The notes beneath the pieces are model-generated. The model made no database searches. It worked only from the letters and a program-made list of their open reading frames with translations, and had not been told where the DNA came from. Below, one piece after another: positions 39,906-50,427 of a stretch of DNA of 64,000 bases (within the stretch, counting starts at the first letter, position 1; every line of letters begins with the position of its first letter). The DNA is from Candidatus Saccharimonadia bacterium (GTDB lineage Bacteria > Patescibacteriota > Saccharimonadia > UBA4664). The stretch is from assembly GCA_035479295.1 (NCBI GenBank), contig DATIIV010000020.1, positions 10,027-74,026 on the forward strand, given 5' to 3'. Position numbers and translations under genes: made by a program.

Positions 39906-40168
39906 CACCTTGTGCCCCCGCGCAGAGCGGGGGCACTCATTACATTTATGAAGACCACAAGCAGAGCCTTTATTCTCAATACCATCGTCTTCATCGAGCT
40001 CAAAAGTTTGGACTAGGGACTGCCACCCCTGCCGCCAGGCTTCTAGTGAGCCTGCGCTAACCTAAATAAGTGCTCTTCTCGGGTCTGCCTTCGGTTTTTG
40101 CGCCGAAGGCAGACCTCTTGACTCGAGGCTCCAGTACTCCAAAACCCAGAGCAGTGAAGTCTAATTAG

Positions 40169-40774
40169 TCAGCTGAAGCATTTGGCGCAACCGCCGTGAG
40201 CCTTCCATAGCTCTTGCCAGCAGGACACGCCGTCTTGCAGCAGGATTTCGTAAGGGCTGCGCTTACGTGACTTGAGTGGGTCAACTGACTCAAAGATGCA
40301 GCCGGCAACCTGAAGTAGCTTTTCTTCATGCCGGAATTCGGTATCTGGCCAGGGCAAGGCTTCGAACGAGAGTTGCCCGTGGTCCTCGTACATCTGTTGC
40401 CCCACAAACTTCATCCGCGGCAGCAGGGGCGCAATCGTTACCTGGTGGAGACGGCGCAGCTCTGGGTAAGTGAGGCGCAAGTATGCCCAATTCTCCTGCA
40501 CGCAGGTAGAGCGGCCTTCCTTTCTGAACTGCGGCAGGTACTCCGGGTGACGCCGACTCATGTAGGCCTCGGCGACGTCGCACTCGCGAATGCCTCGATC
40601 GGCCTCGCCGGCCCAATAGTTGCCGCAGAACACGAGTAGCGGTGCTGCGCCCCGGCTCAGCAGCTCAACGGCACGGTCTATCTCTTGGTAAACGAACGGC
40701 TCAAACTCTCGCTCACTTCCGTTCTTTTCTCGGAGGCGGTTTCCAAATACCACAATGGCATCATAGGCTGGCAC
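40169..40774 (-). CDS. YdcF/DUF218-like protein
   Basis: YDAIVVFG, DRAVEL, LVFCG, E...E.RST...EN. Confidence 0.6.
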   Translation of the reverse strand: MPAYDAIVVFGNRLREKNGSEREFEPFVYQEIDRAVELLSRGAAPLLVFCGNYWAGEADRGIRECDVAEAYMSRRHPEYLPQFRKEGRSTCVQENWAYLRLTYPELRRLHQVTIAPLLPRMKFVGQQMYEDHGQLSFEALPWPDTEFRHEEKLLQVAGCIFESVDPLKSRKRSPYEILLQDGVSCWQELWKAHGGCAKCFS

Positions 40775-40879
40775 GCGCCTAGTGTATTCGATTTGCCGAC
40801 AGGTTGCTTGTCTAATACTACAAATTAAGGCCGTTTCTGGAGTCGCTTTAGAGGATGATATAGTACCTAGGTCTATTAT

Positions 40880-41083
40880 ATGAGTCTTGATTACTTAGAA
40901 CATTTGGTTAAGAGAACCATAGCGGCCGGCAAGCCCTGGGGTGTCGGACCTACCCGGGCTTGGCTAGAGGTGCTAAACGACCAGCTGATAGTTCAAGAGG
41001 CGCTATGGCGGGACGGCCAGCGAGTCGAACGGATTGAGCCGCCGGGCGAGAGGAGCTGGGTGCTGGGTCGTTACGTGCTCTAG
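40880..41083 (+). CDS. small hypothetical protein
   Basis: 67-aa ORF filling the gap. Confidence 0.35.
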   Translation: MSLDYLEHLVKRTIAAGKPWGVGPTRAWLEVLNDQLIVQEALWRDGQRVERIEPPGERSWVLGRYVL

Positions 41084-41102
41084 GGGATGGTATGCTAGGT
41101 GC

Positions 41103-41453
41103 ATGAACGAGCCAGTGGTAACCATTAAAGAGGCGCAGCAGCTGGTTAAGGACTTTGCGGTCCGCAATGGCTGGAGAGACCTGCCCAACGTCGACAAATT
41201 TGATCATCTTCACGAAGAGCTAATTGAGATGTCGCAGCACTTACGGTATAAAGACGAAGCCGAGCGATTGGCGACGATCAAGGACAAAGCCGAGGTCTTT
41301 AAAGACGGGATAGGGGACTTATTCTTTGCGCTGTGCCGGCTGGCCAATCAGCTGGATGTAGACGTTGAAGAGGCGTTTAATATGGCTCAGCAAGAGATTT
41401 TGGCCAAGTACGATCACAAAAATAATGAGAACAATTTGATCAAGGGAGCTTAG
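41103..41453 (+). CDS. MazG-like all-alpha NTP pyrophosphohydrolase
   Basis: LHEELIE and GIGDLFFALCRLANQLDVD motifs. Confidence 0.8.
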   Translation: MNEPVVTIKEAQQLVKDFAVRNGWRDLPNVDKFDHLHEELIEMSQHLRYKDEAERLATIKDKAEVFKDGIGDLFFALCRLANQLDVDVEEAFNMAQQEILAKYDHKNNENNLIKGA

Positions 41454-41752
41454 CGCCCCTCAAGCACTTCGCGGAACTTGCCCCACTCGACCAGGACAGT
41501 GTCCACATTTCGCTTGGGCACTATGGCGCGAATGGCTGCTTCTACCCGTTGGACACAGACGGCGCTGAGCCCGGCCCTGTTCTCTACGACGGCCGAATAG
41601 AACGCATCTGCGATCTCCCACGAGTTAACGAACTCGTTGCCTAGCTTTTGGCCTACCGTAGTGGTGACCGAGCTACATTCCGGTCCCAGGCTGTCACCAG
41701 CCAGTTGTTCTATGGCTTGCCGCGATGGTAGACGGTAGCGAGTTTGGTCCAA
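41450..41752 (-). CDS. hypothetical protein
   Basis: AAGGA RBS before TTG. Confidence 0.45.
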   Translation of the reverse strand: MDQTRYRLPSRQAIEQLAGDSLGPECSSVTTTVGQKLGNEFVNSWEIADAFYSAVVENRAGLSAVCVQRVEAAIRAIVPKRNVDTVLVEWGKFREVLEGR

Positions 41753-41914
41753 TGCTATTCCTTAGGCCTTTTCTGATAATATCACGGCCGTCAATAATAC
41801 TTATTACGCTTATGCTTTTGAACTGAGGCTGGAGAGGTTTGCCATTGACAAACTGCATGTGGGATACCATAATGTAGAAACGGTCCTTCCGAACCCAATG
41901 CGAATGGAGTTCTC

Positions 41915-42328
41915 ATGTTTGGTCGCACCACGCTCCGCGAATGGCCCGAGTGGGGCGCAGAGTTCGCGCTCCTAACCTTGTTCTTGCCCGTCGTCGCGGT
42001 GGTGGCAGTGCCACTGTGGGCCGACGAGCTCAATCCGGGCTCGCCCCACGGCTGGCTCCCCATTGTCGCGGTCTTCGTTTACGCCGTGATCAACGCGGTG
42101 CCGCCCATGCTCCGCTGCAACCAGATGAAGGCCATCGGCCTGGTGGGCATTGCGCTGGTGCACGTCATCGTCGCGACCTTCCTGGGGCGGGAGCTCTTCG
42201 GCAGCCTGGCGCAGGGTGTCTACAACGGCAATATCGTGGGAGCCCTGGTCGCTGGCAGCGTGCTCGTGGTGTTCATCGCCCACCTGTCCCTGTCGCCTGC
42301 CGCCAAGACCTTGGCCGCCCAGAGCTGA
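41915..42328 (+). CDS. hypothetical membrane protein (4 TM)
   Basis: TTGACA-17-CATAAT promoter, GGAG RBS, high GC3. Confidence 0.65.
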   Translation: MFGRTTLREWPEWGAEFALLTLFLPVVAVVAVPLWADELNPGSPHGWLPIVAVFVYAVINAVPPMLRCNQMKAIGLVGIALVHVIVATFLGRELFGSLAQGVYNGNIVGALVAGSVLVVFIAHLSLSPAAKTLAAQS

Positions 42329-42424
42329 CCATCCCGACCGCCCTGCGCCACCCGCGCTTGCTTTCTTCGCCGCCAGGCGCACCTCGTGTGTGCCTGGCGG
42401 TTCGTCGTTTGGGGCGAGAGCTGG

Positions 42425-43537
42425 TTAGGTAACCAGCGGCAGCTCAAACCAGAATGTGCTGCCGGTGCCCTCTGTGGAGTCAAAGCCGATCCGGCCACCG
42501 TGGTGCTCCACGAAGTACTTGGCGATGGCCAGCCCCACGCCCGACGAATCCGGCTGCAGCACCGAGGCGTTGGAGGCGCGAAAGAAGGCCGTAAACACGT
42601 TGCTCTGCTCGGCGGCCGGAATGCCGGCGCCGGTATCGGTGATCTCGAACCGGACCGCCTGATCGGTCTGTCGCAGCGAGCTGGTGATGGTGCCGTCGGT
42701 GCCGGTGTAGGCGGCGGCGTTCTCGGCCAGCTTCTCCAGCACCAGCCGAATGTCTTCCGGGTCGACGAACAGCGGATTAAGCGGTTGTTTGGGCGCAGTA
42801 TATTTGCAGGTAATGCCCTTAACCTTGCAGCTCTTCATCCACTCCACCATGATCGACTTCCAGAGGCTCTCGATCGAGGTCTTCTGCTTACTCAGCATTA
42901 CCCGGCCCTCTTCCATATCGATAACCAGCAGGAGGTCGCGAATGCGCGTCACCAGCTTCTGGTTGGCGTCGTAGGCAATGCGCAGGATCTCGCGCTGGGT
43001 TGGCTTAACTGCGCCAACTTCGCCGCCCAGCACATGCGCTAGATTCCAGCCCACCACCGTCAGCGGCGTACGTAGCTGGTGAGCCATAATGCCGATGAAC
43101 TTCTGCCGCAGCTCATTAAGATGGGTATTGCGGCGCTCGGCATCTTTTTTGGCATAGGCGTTTCTGAGAGCGGTGGGCAGACGCTGGAGGTTATCTTTTA
43201 GAATATAATCGTCGATACCAGCCTTGATAATCTCGACCACCGTGGCCTCAGGCAGCGCGCCGGTTACCAGCAAGAACGGCGCCTCGATCTGCTGCTGGCG
43301 CGTCAGGGTAAAGGCCTCCAGGCCGTTAAAGTCGGGCAGCGAGTAGTCGGACAGGATGACGTCGGGCCGCTCCTCATCGAGAGCCGCCACGAAATCGGCC
43401 TTGGTGCTAACTCGCCGCGCTGTAAAGGCGATTTCACCCTTCTTAAGTTCGTGTTGCACCAGCTCGGCGTCGGCGGCCACGTCCTCGAGCATAAGGATTT
43501 TGAGCGGCGGCGCTTTGATAGGAGATTGCTCGGTCAT
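42425..43537 (-). CDS. hybrid receiver-histidine kinase
   Basis: N-terminal REC (MLED, ILSD), AHQLRTPL H-box, ENA, DTGAGI, GVGLAI. Confidence 0.92.
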   Translation of the reverse strand: MTEQSPIKAPPLKILMLEDVAADAELVQHELKKGEIAFTARRVSTKADFVAALDEERPDVILSDYSLPDFNGLEAFTLTRQQQIEAPFLLVTGALPEATVVEIIKAGIDDYILKDNLQRLPTALRNAYAKKDAERRNTHLNELRQKFIGIMAHQLRTPLTVVGWNLAHVLGGEVGAVKPTQREILRIAYDANQKLVTRIRDLLLVIDMEEGRVMLSKQKTSIESLWKSIMVEWMKSCKVKGITCKYTAPKQPLNPLFVDPEDIRLVLEKLAENAAAYTGTDGTITSSLRQTDQAVRFEITDTGAGIPAAEQSNVFTAFFRASNASVLQPDSSGVGLAIAKYFVEHHGGRIGFDSTEGTGSTFWFELPLVT

Positions 43538-43539
43538 GG

Positions 43540-43983
43540 CTAGTTAGGCAGCCGGTTAATCGCCATCCAGTACAGGCCAGCCTGCGACAGCACCTCGACG
43601 AATTTATCAAAGTCGACCGGCTTCTGAATGTAGCTGTTGACGCCCAATTTGTAGCACTCCTTCAGGTCGGTATTCTCCTGCGATGAGGTGACCATAACGA
43701 CCGGGATCGACTTGGTATGGTCGTCGCTCTTAATTTTGCGCAGCACCTCAATGCCATTGACCTTGGGTAGTTTGAGGTCGAGCAGGACCACTTTGGGGCC
43801 CACCTCGGCGTTGCGGTCGGCGTAGCGTCCGGTAGCAAAAATGTACTCCAGCGCCTCCTGGCCGTCCGACACCGTAAAGATCTTGTTGGCCAAATTGCGC
43901 TTCTTGAAGGCGCGCAACGTTAGCTCCACATCGCTAGGGTTATCCTCGACCAGTAATATTTCTATTTCACTATAATTCTGCAT
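43540..43983 (-). CDS. single-domain response regulator (Rcp1-like)
   Basis: [27 protein letters not shown]. Confidence 0.92.
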   Translation of the reverse strand: MQNYSEIEILLVEDNPSDVELTLRAFKKRNLANKIFTVSDGQEALEYIFATGRYADRNAEVGPKVVLLDLKLPKVNGIEVLRKIKSDDHTKSIPVVMVTSSQENTDLKECYKLGVNSYIQKPVDFDKFVEVLSQAGLYWMAINRLPN

Positions 43984-45800
43984 TACGTCTCCTTCTGGTG
44001 GTTTTTATGATCATCGGTGCGGGGCAGGGTAAACGAGATCATGGCGCCTTCGCCCACCTTGCCCTCGGCCCAGACCCGGCCGCCGTGGCGAGTGACGATG
44101 CGCTTAATGATGGCCAGGCCCACGCCGGTGCCCTCAAAATCTTTCTGGTCATGTAGCCGCTGGAACACGCCAAACAGCTTATCAACAAAGGTCATATCAA
44201 AACCAGCACCATTGTCACGAACGTAGTAAATGATCTCGTGCGGCCCGGTTTTGGCACCGGCCTCAATAATGGCCGGCTGCTTGTGGCGGGTAAATTTAAT
44301 GGCATTCGAAAGCAAATTAGCCCAAACCTGGCGCACCAGCCCCGCGTCGGCCGGCACTTGCGGTAGATCGTCCAGCACAAACTTGATTGAGCGGTTGGGG
44401 TTTACTACTTTGAGCTCATCGAAGACCTCTTGCGCCAGCTTCTTCATATCGACCGGCTGCTTCTTAACCTCCTGCCGCCCCAGACGCGAGAAGGCCAACA
44501 GGTCATCGATGAGCGTCCCCATCTGTTGGGTGCTGGCAATAATGGTGCTGAGCAAGTGCTGGCCGTCGGCATCGATCTTGGTGGCATAATCCTCGGCCAA
44601 GATCTTGGAGAAGCCGTCGATGGCCCGCAGGGGCGCGCGCAGGTCGTGCGAGACCGAGTAGCTAAACGACTCTAGCTCTTTGTTGGTGTTCTCGAGCTGT
44701 TGGGTGCGCTCGGCTACCTTTTGCTCCAGATTGCCGCGCGCCTCCTGAAGCTGCTCCAGCATGTGGTTAAAGGTGGTAGCCAGGCCGCCGATCTCATCGC
44801 GGGAGAGCACCAGGGCCCGCTGGGCGGTGTCGCCGCCAGCGATGCGCTTGGCCACCACCGAGAGCTGGATGATCGGCCCCGTAATCGTCTGCACAAAGAA
44901 TAAGATGACCATAATCACAAACAGACTAAACATGAGCGTGACGATGAGAATGTTGTCGCGCAGCTGGTCGGCCGCCCGAAACACCTCGCTGGCATTGACC
45001 TTAGTAATCAAGGCAACATTGTAGGCGGGAATGTATTTGAGCGTGTAGAAGAATGGCGCCGATGCCGTAGTAACCAGCCCGCTACTGCTACCGGTATGGT
45101 TGGCCAGCGCCTTTACGATAGCTGGCGCCATCAGTTGTTGGCGCAGTTCGGCTTGCTGCGGATCGCTGGCCTTAAAGCGGCTGCTGCCCAGGGTCACGCT
45201 GCCGTCGGCCTGGCGTCGTGCAAACATAATGTCGCCGGTGGCGCCGAGTCCGGTATAGTCTTGCACGATAGTCGCTAGCTGCTGGCCTTGATCGATAAAC
45301 TCCAGTCGGCCCACCACGACGCCGTTAGTAGTAATGGGCTGCCGAATACTCACGGCCGGCAAGTCGTTATTGGGCAGCAAAAAGTCCACCGCTCCCGTCT
45401 GCGGCGGTGCGATCTGGCCGATCAGCTTGGGCTCGGTGGAGGCGATAATTCGGTTCTGCAGGTCGAGCACCGAGATCGAGTTAGTCTTCTCTAGGGCCCG
45501 CCGAACGCCCATCAGATAGCTATTTATCTGCTGCTGAGTAGCCTGGCTGGGATTGCGTTGATAGTCCGTCACCAAATCAATCAGGGTTGGCCGCGTCGCG
45601 GTTAACGTCACATCATCGCTATAGCCATTAATGAAGAGGTGGGTGCGGGACTCCTTAAAGGCGTTAATGTTCTGAACATTGTTGGTGGCCTCCTTGGTAA
45701 TGGCGGCGCGAGCCGAGACAAGCGTAAAGATACTGGTAAGCGTTAGCGGCATAACGGCTGTGAGCAAAAAGATAACGAGAAACTTGCTGCGAATTGTCAT
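43983..45800 (-). CDS. membrane sensor histidine kinase (extracytoplasmic sensor, HAMP, Cph1-type HisKA/HATPase)
   Basis: 2 [49 protein letters not shown]. Confidence 0.93.
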   Translation of the reverse strand: MTIRSKFLVIFLLTAVMPLTLTSIFTLVSARAAITKEATNNVQNINAFKESRTHLFINGYSDDVTLTATRPTLIDLVTDYQRNPSQATQQQINSYLMGVRRALEKTNSISVLDLQNRIIASTEPKLIGQIAPPQTGAVDFLLPNNDLPAVSIRQPITTNGVVVGRLEFIDQGQQLATIVQDYTGLGATGDIMFARRQADGSVTLGSSRFKASDPQQAELRQQLMAPAIVKALANHTGSSSGLVTTASAPFFYTLKYIPAYNVALITKVNASEVFRAADQLRDNILIVTLMFSLFVIMVILFFVQTITGPIIQLSVVAKRIAGGDTAQRALVLSRDEIGGLATTFNHMLEQLQEARGNLEQKVAERTQQLENTNKELESFSYSVSHDLRAPLRAIDGFSKILAEDYATKIDADGQHLLSTIIASTQQMGTLIDDLLAFSRLGRQEVKKQPVDMKKLAQEVFDELKVVNPNRSIKFVLDDLPQVPADAGLVRQVWANLLSNAIKFTRHKQPAIIEAGAKTGPHEIIYYVRDNGAGFDMTFVDKLFGVFQRLHDQKDFEGTGVGLAIIKRIVTRHGGRVWAEGKVGEGAMISFTLPRTDDHKNHQKET

Positions 45801-46759
45801 GGGGCCACCACCTTCGCGCTGACTGTTCTGAGCCGCTTGATGCCGAGCGCCAGCAGCAAAAAGCCAAAGCCTTGCAACAAGATAAACGCAAACAATACCA
45901 GGAGCAAAGCCCCTAGGCCAATAGTAACTAATCGAGCGGCGCCCAGTGATAGTACGCTTTGCAGCAGAATCGAGCTAAAGATGATCGCCCATAATCCGTA
46001 CATTACGCGGGTGAGCGACTTAAAATAGTCAGTACTGGAGAGGTACGGCAGGAGGTCATTGAGGGTAAAGGCCACCGAGAAACCCAGCCACCAGGTTACA
46101 AACACCGGCACAATAATGGTGAGGACGATCAGCCAATCCGGTAGGTAGTAGCTGGCCAAGATTAGATTGCTTTGGGGTACCTGTCGGTTGGGATTGGTAA
46201 AGACTAAAAAGACGTAAAAAGCTCCGATCACCAAGATAATAATGGTCTTAATGATGGCGTCGCTCAACGGAGATTGCGCCATAATTTTGCGGTAAGCCGC
46301 CTTTAGCTGCTCGATGCCACGAAAGATCTCCCACACGCCAATGAGGAGCGGAAAAACATAGAGGTAGTTAGTAATAATAGTAATAACTGGTTTACTGATA
46401 GGCTCGGTAAAGTAGGGTCGGAGTGAACCAATGATGGCCGACACAACGAGGCCGATTACCACCCACCACAGACCACGGCGCAGGCCGGCCATGAGGGGCG
46501 CAAACTCCCTGCCCGCCGTGGCCTTGGACCTCAGGTAGTCGTCAAGCAAGGTGAGACCGTACACTCCCAACACCCAGGTGATAAGGTAGGGGATAGTGAG
46601 GGTAAGCCGTAGTAGCATGAGCTGGATTGGCTCGAGATGGATAGCGCTGCTGGTAGTAGGCGCAAAGCTGGTAAAACCCAGGTATAGCACGATAGCTACG
46701 CCAAGCAGACTATAATTGCGGCGGGCGGGGAACCAAAACGATTGAGCGGTTGTGGTCAT
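45797..46759 (-). CDS. polytopic membrane protein (~8 TM) coupled to the kinase
   Basis: Hydrophobic; stop overlaps kinase start. Confidence 0.75.
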   Translation of the reverse strand: MTTTAQSFWFPARRNYSLLGVAIVLYLGFTSFAPTTSSAIHLEPIQLMLLRLTLTIPYLITWVLGVYGLTLLDDYLRSKATAGREFAPLMAGLRRGLWWVVIGLVVSAIIGSLRPYFTEPISKPVITIITNYLYVFPLLIGVWEIFRGIEQLKAAYRKIMAQSPLSDAIIKTIIILVIGAFYVFLVFTNPNRQVPQSNLILASYYLPDWLIVLTIIVPVFVTWWLGFSVAFTLNDLLPYLSSTDYFKSLTRVMYGLWAIIFSSILLQSVLSLGAARLVTIGLGALLLVLFAFILLQGFGFLLLALGIKRLRTVSAKVVAP

Positions 46760-46772
46760 GGTGGCTCCGAGG

Positions 46773-47585
46773 TTAGCTTAAGGACATAGTTTTACTAGAG
46801 GGCTCATTCATGGTGGTAAAGCGTTCGTTGCTCTTGAGCACCTCGCTTAAGAAGTCAGCGAAGTACCCCCGGCCCACGGCCGCCGACACAATGCCACTGA
46901 CATCCTTGGGTAGGCACTTGCCGCCAAAGCCTCGCTTATTGGCAAAGACGCTGGAGAAGGCGCGTCCAACCCGCTCGTCGAGCAGCCAGCCTTCGCGCAC
47001 GCGGTGCCAATTAAGGCCGAACGTCTTGGTGATCTCGTAGAATTCATTAGCAAAGGTGACTTTGGCGGCCAGGTACGAGTTGGCCATATATTTAATGAGC
47101 TCAGCCTCGCTAGCGCTGCAACTATAGTAGGTGGCGTGCGGACCCATCACTGGCTCAAAGATGTCAAAGTAGTAGCCCACCTCGTCGTCGGGACCGCCCA
47201 CAATTACGAACGGCGTCTCGGCGATCGATTGATGGATCGGATTAAAATAAGTGCTCTCGCCAATGTACTCCGGCGAGAAGCAGATCTTTTTGCCGGTCTG
47301 TACCCGCAGGCGCTCGGTGGTAGTGGGTGGCACCGTCGATTTAATGAGAATGCGCGGATTATCGAGCCGCTTGAGCGCCCGCTCTACAATCGAAGTGTCG
47401 CACGAACCGTCCAGCCCGATCGGCGTGGGCACGCAGATGACGGCCAGCTCGCACTCCCGAATGGCTGCCTCCGGGTACTCAGCGTTGTGGGCCGGATCGT
47501 AGGTGGTGAGGTCGTAGTGCTGTCTCAGGAAGTCCTTAAACGCTTTGCCTACGTAGCCTTGACCGATAATGGCAATCTTCTTCAT
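46773..47585 (-). CDS. UDP-glucose/GDP-mannose dehydrogenase family, short form
   Basis: IIGQGYVG, CVPTP, IKSTVPP, SPE, AELIKY, GFGGKCLPKD; no C-terminal UDP-binding domain. Confidence 0.85.
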   Translation of the reverse strand: MKKIAIIGQGYVGKAFKDFLRQHYDLTTYDPAHNAEYPEAAIRECELAVICVPTPIGLDGSCDTSIVERALKRLDNPRILIKSTVPPTTTERLRVQTGKKICFSPEYIGESTYFNPIHQSIAETPFVIVGGPDDEVGYYFDIFEPVMGPHATYYSCSASEAELIKYMANSYLAAKVTFANEFYEITKTFGLNWHRVREGWLLDERVGRAFSSVFANKRGFGGKCLPKDVSGIVSAAVGRGYFADFLSEVLKSNERFTTMNEPSSKTMSLS

Positions 47586-47598
47586 TCTCACCCCTTCC

Positions 47599-47976
47599 TT
47601 ACGCACCGGCCTCTTGCAGCGCCTGAGCGATCTGTAGCCCCAGCTGACGCATCGAAACCTGCGATTTAACGATATATTCCTTAACGCCGTAGGCTTTGCC
47701 GGCCTCAATATCCTCGTTCTTCTCGAGGTTGCTCAAGATAAAGACCGGAATCTTGCTGCCCAAATTAACCCGGAGCTCTTGTAGCACCTGCAGCCCATTC
47801 TTGCGCGGCATAATAATGTCGAGCAGTAGCAGATCGACGGGCTGGGACTTAAGAACCTCAATGGTCTGCTCACCGTCCTCGGCTGTCACAACGTTAAATC
47901 CTAATCCTCTAACTTTCTTCGACAACAGCTTTAGTAAACTCGGCTCGTCTTCGGCAATGAGTATAGTTTTTGCCAC
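47599..47976 (-). CDS. single-domain response regulator
   Basis: ILIAEDE, LLDIIMP, LSN, YIVK. Confidence 0.9.
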   Translation of the reverse strand: MAKTILIAEDEPSLLKLLSKKVRGLGFNVVTAEDGEQTIEVLKSQPVDLLLLDIIMPRKNGLQVLQELRVNLGSKIPVFILSNLEKNEDIEAGKAYGVKEYIVKSQVSMRQLGLQIAQALQEAGA

Positions 47977-49412
47977 GGTATTTTGTCCTTTCCTGTTACG
48001 GCTTTAATTACAATCGGCCACAGCCAGAACAGCATGAGGCAGACCCAGAACGTGCTAATGAGGAGAAGGCCGCTCAGGCCGTAGCGAACAAAGTTGTAGA
48101 CCAAGCAAAAGATGCCGCTGCCGGCCATAATGAGCTGCGGCAGCACCAGCCTGGCCTCGCGAGCACCATGGGCCAGCTTGGAAGTAACCTTGTAAGTCGG
48201 CACGGTGTGGCGGTGCAGGAGCGCCTTAATGGTGGCCATTTGGTAGGCCGGAAAGAGGCCAGCCCACACGCGCGACGAGAGCTGGCCGTGGCTGAGCCGG
48301 CCAAAGTAGGTGAGGGTAAAGAGCAGGTCGGGCAGGCGCGTCACTAGGTACCATAGGCCGCCGTGCACAATGGGGTCATTAAAGAGCAGCGAGTAAAAGT
48401 TGGCCACAAAGATACCGGGCAAAAAGAAGGCGCTTACCAGGTAACAGTAGCCGATCTCGAAGTAGTGCAGGCGCTGGCGCCAAGTGAGCCCCTTGCGGGT
48501 GAGCGGCTGCTGCCAAAAGAAGACGCGCAGCGTATCGAGCGCCCACGTGCCGCGCTGCTTGTAGACCTGCGAGATGTCGCTGGGCGCGGTGCCCTGGGTA
48601 TAAGGCTGCGTCACATACACGGTGCGGTAGCCGGCCGAGTGCATTAGGTAGCTCGTATGAAGGTCTTCCACCACGTTCCACTCGCTAAAGCCGCCGATCT
48701 CCTTGAGGTATTTGCGGGCGTAGATTACGCCCGAGCCGCAGCTAATGGCGGCATTGTCTTTATTTTTGCCGGCCTGCAAGTAGTCGTAAAAGAGGTGGTC
48801 GTGGTTAAAGTCGTCTTTATCGATAGTGAAGACCTGGCGCGAGGCTACAATGGCCACTTTGTCGCGCGAGAAGTGGCCGAGCAGATCGTCCAGGATGGCC
48901 GGATTAACCACATTATCGGCGTCGAGCACCAGAATGTAGGGCGCGTACGACTGAGTGAGGGCATAGTTGAGATTGGCGGCTTTATAGCGCTTAGCGGCAC
49001 GGTCCGGTCGGCTCAGATAGTGACAATGGTACTTCTTGGCCAGCGCTTTTACCTCAGCGCGACCGCCGTCGTCGAGTAGATAAACAGTGGTATTGGGGTG
49101 GTCGATCTCGGTGGCGGCCTTAACGGTATTCTCGATCATGCCCAGCGGCTCGTTCACCATAGGAATAAACACGTCGACCGGGCTGCGCAGCGAGTAGGTG
49201 CCGCCAACCAGCTCGTACTGGCGCGTCCAGTGGTTAAAGACTACTAGCAGCGTAAAGAGGCCCACTAGCACCTCCAGCACCCAGAAACACCAGCCGAACC
49301 AACCATGAACGTTAAGCGCCAAGAAGGTGAGGTAGATTAAGGTGGTGCCGCTGCTAGCCAGACCCAGCTTGCGGGACTTATCGAGATTCCAGAGCCAAGA
49401 TATAATATGCAT
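47931..49412 (-). CDS. GT2 cellulose-synthase-like glycosyltransferase
   Basis: LLDDG, KAANLN, DAD, CGSG, VEDL, QRGTW, flanking TMs; no PilZ. Confidence 0.88.
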   Translation of the reverse strand: MHIISWLWNLDKSRKLGLASSGTTLIYLTFLALNVHGWFGWCFWVLEVLVGLFTLLVVFNHWTRQYELVGGTYSLRSPVDVFIPMVNEPLGMIENTVKAATEIDHPNTTVYLLDDGGRAEVKALAKKYHCHYLSRPDRAAKRYKAANLNYALTQSYAPYILVLDADNVVNPAILDDLLGHFSRDKVAIVASRQVFTIDKDDFNHDHLFYDYLQAGKNKDNAAISCGSGVIYARKYLKEIGGFSEWNVVEDLHTSYLMHSAGYRTVYVTQPYTQGTAPSDISQVYKQRGTWALDTLRVFFWQQPLTRKGLTWRQRLHYFEIGYCYLVSAFFLPGIFVANFYSLLFNDPIVHGGLWYLVTRLPDLLFTLTYFGRLSHGQLSSRVWAGLFPAYQMATIKALLHRHTVPTYKVTSKLAHGAREARLVLPQLIMAGSGIFCLVYNFVRYGLSGLLLISTFWVCLMLFWLWPIVIKAVTGKDKIPWQKLYSLPKTSRVY

Positions 49413-49514
49413 AGCATACGCAGTATAAGGCATAACGCTTATGCTTAAATTGGCGTATAGGTGCAATATTTGGGCTATCGATAGTTAATCTTTTGTTAAG
49501 AAGCCTAAAAAAAC

Positions 49515-50396
49515 CTAATGAGTAAGCTGATAAACGCGCACATAATCGATCTGAAGTCTGGCCGGAAAATGAGTCTTGGCATTAGCATTGCCGGGTAGGG
49601 TGCCTCCGACGGCCAGGTTAATGATGAGCTCCATTGGCTTGTTGGTGACGTTACTGCCAGTCAGCGTCTTAAGATGCCGACCGTCCGCGTACCAGTCGAT
49701 ACGGCCGGGCTGCCAGTTGACGGCATAGGTGTGCCAGCCGGCAGTAAAGTCGCCGGCGCTGTAGGTGGTGGCGTCTTTTTGCGGATGGCCGGCGGCGTCG
49801 GGCCAGTGGTAGGTCGCTAGCAGCTGGTGCGGCGCGCTGCCCACCAGCTCCATAGCGTCTATCTCCGGTGGCCAGCTGTGGTCGGTGGGCAGCAGCCAAA
49901 AGGCCGGCCAGAGGCCTTGGCCGCCGTCGGTCTTGAGCCGCGCCTCCATGTAGCCATAGCTGGTCGACCACTTAGGCGCAGCGTCGTAGCTGGGCCGGCC
50001 GGTCGAGATCAAGCCCGAGATGTAGGGGTAGGTCTGCTCATACGAGCCGCTCCAGCCGAGTGTCGGCCGAGGTTGGGCAGTGAGAGTGGCATGGCCGTTG
50101 CTGACGCTAACTTGGCTAGCTCGGTACCATTCTTGTTCAAAGTTGCCGTTGTTGGTGCAGCCGTCGTGAGCCGCGTCGTACCAGTCGTAGCAGGTTACCC
50201 AGCGGTCGGCGTTAAGCCGTGAGCCATCGAACTCATCGTCGAAGACCAGTTGCCAATGCCGGCCGGCCGGTGGCGCTGGCAGCCCGCTGCTCGTCTCGGG
50301 CAAAATTACCGTCAGAACTGCCAAGAGACCAAGGCTCATCGCTAGTCCGATCGGCAATGCGCCCCGGGTTGGCGCCTTATAAAACATATTTTGCAT
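49515..50396 (-). CDS. secreted/anchored GH16 beta-glucanase-like protein
   Basis: FDDEFDG, WPAFWLL, EIDAME catalytic motif, IDYVRVYQ; N-terminal hydrophobic segment. Confidence 0.9.
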   Translation of the reverse strand: MQNMFYKAPTRGALPIGLAMSLGLLAVLTVILPETSSGLPAPPAGRHWQLVFDDEFDGSRLNADRWVTCYDWYDAAHDGCTNNGNFEQEWYRASQVSVSNGHATLTAQPRPTLGWSGSYEQTYPYISGLISTGRPSYDAAPKWSTSYGYMEARLKTDGGQGLWPAFWLLPTDHSWPPEIDAMELVGSAPHQLLATYHWPDAAGHPQKDATTYSAGDFTAGWHTYAVNWQPGRIDWYADGRHLKTLTGSNVTNKPMELIINLAVGGTLPGNANAKTHFPARLQIDYVRVYQLTH

Positions 50397-50427
50397 TGTA
50401 AAAGATCATCGTGCTAATGTTAAGGCG

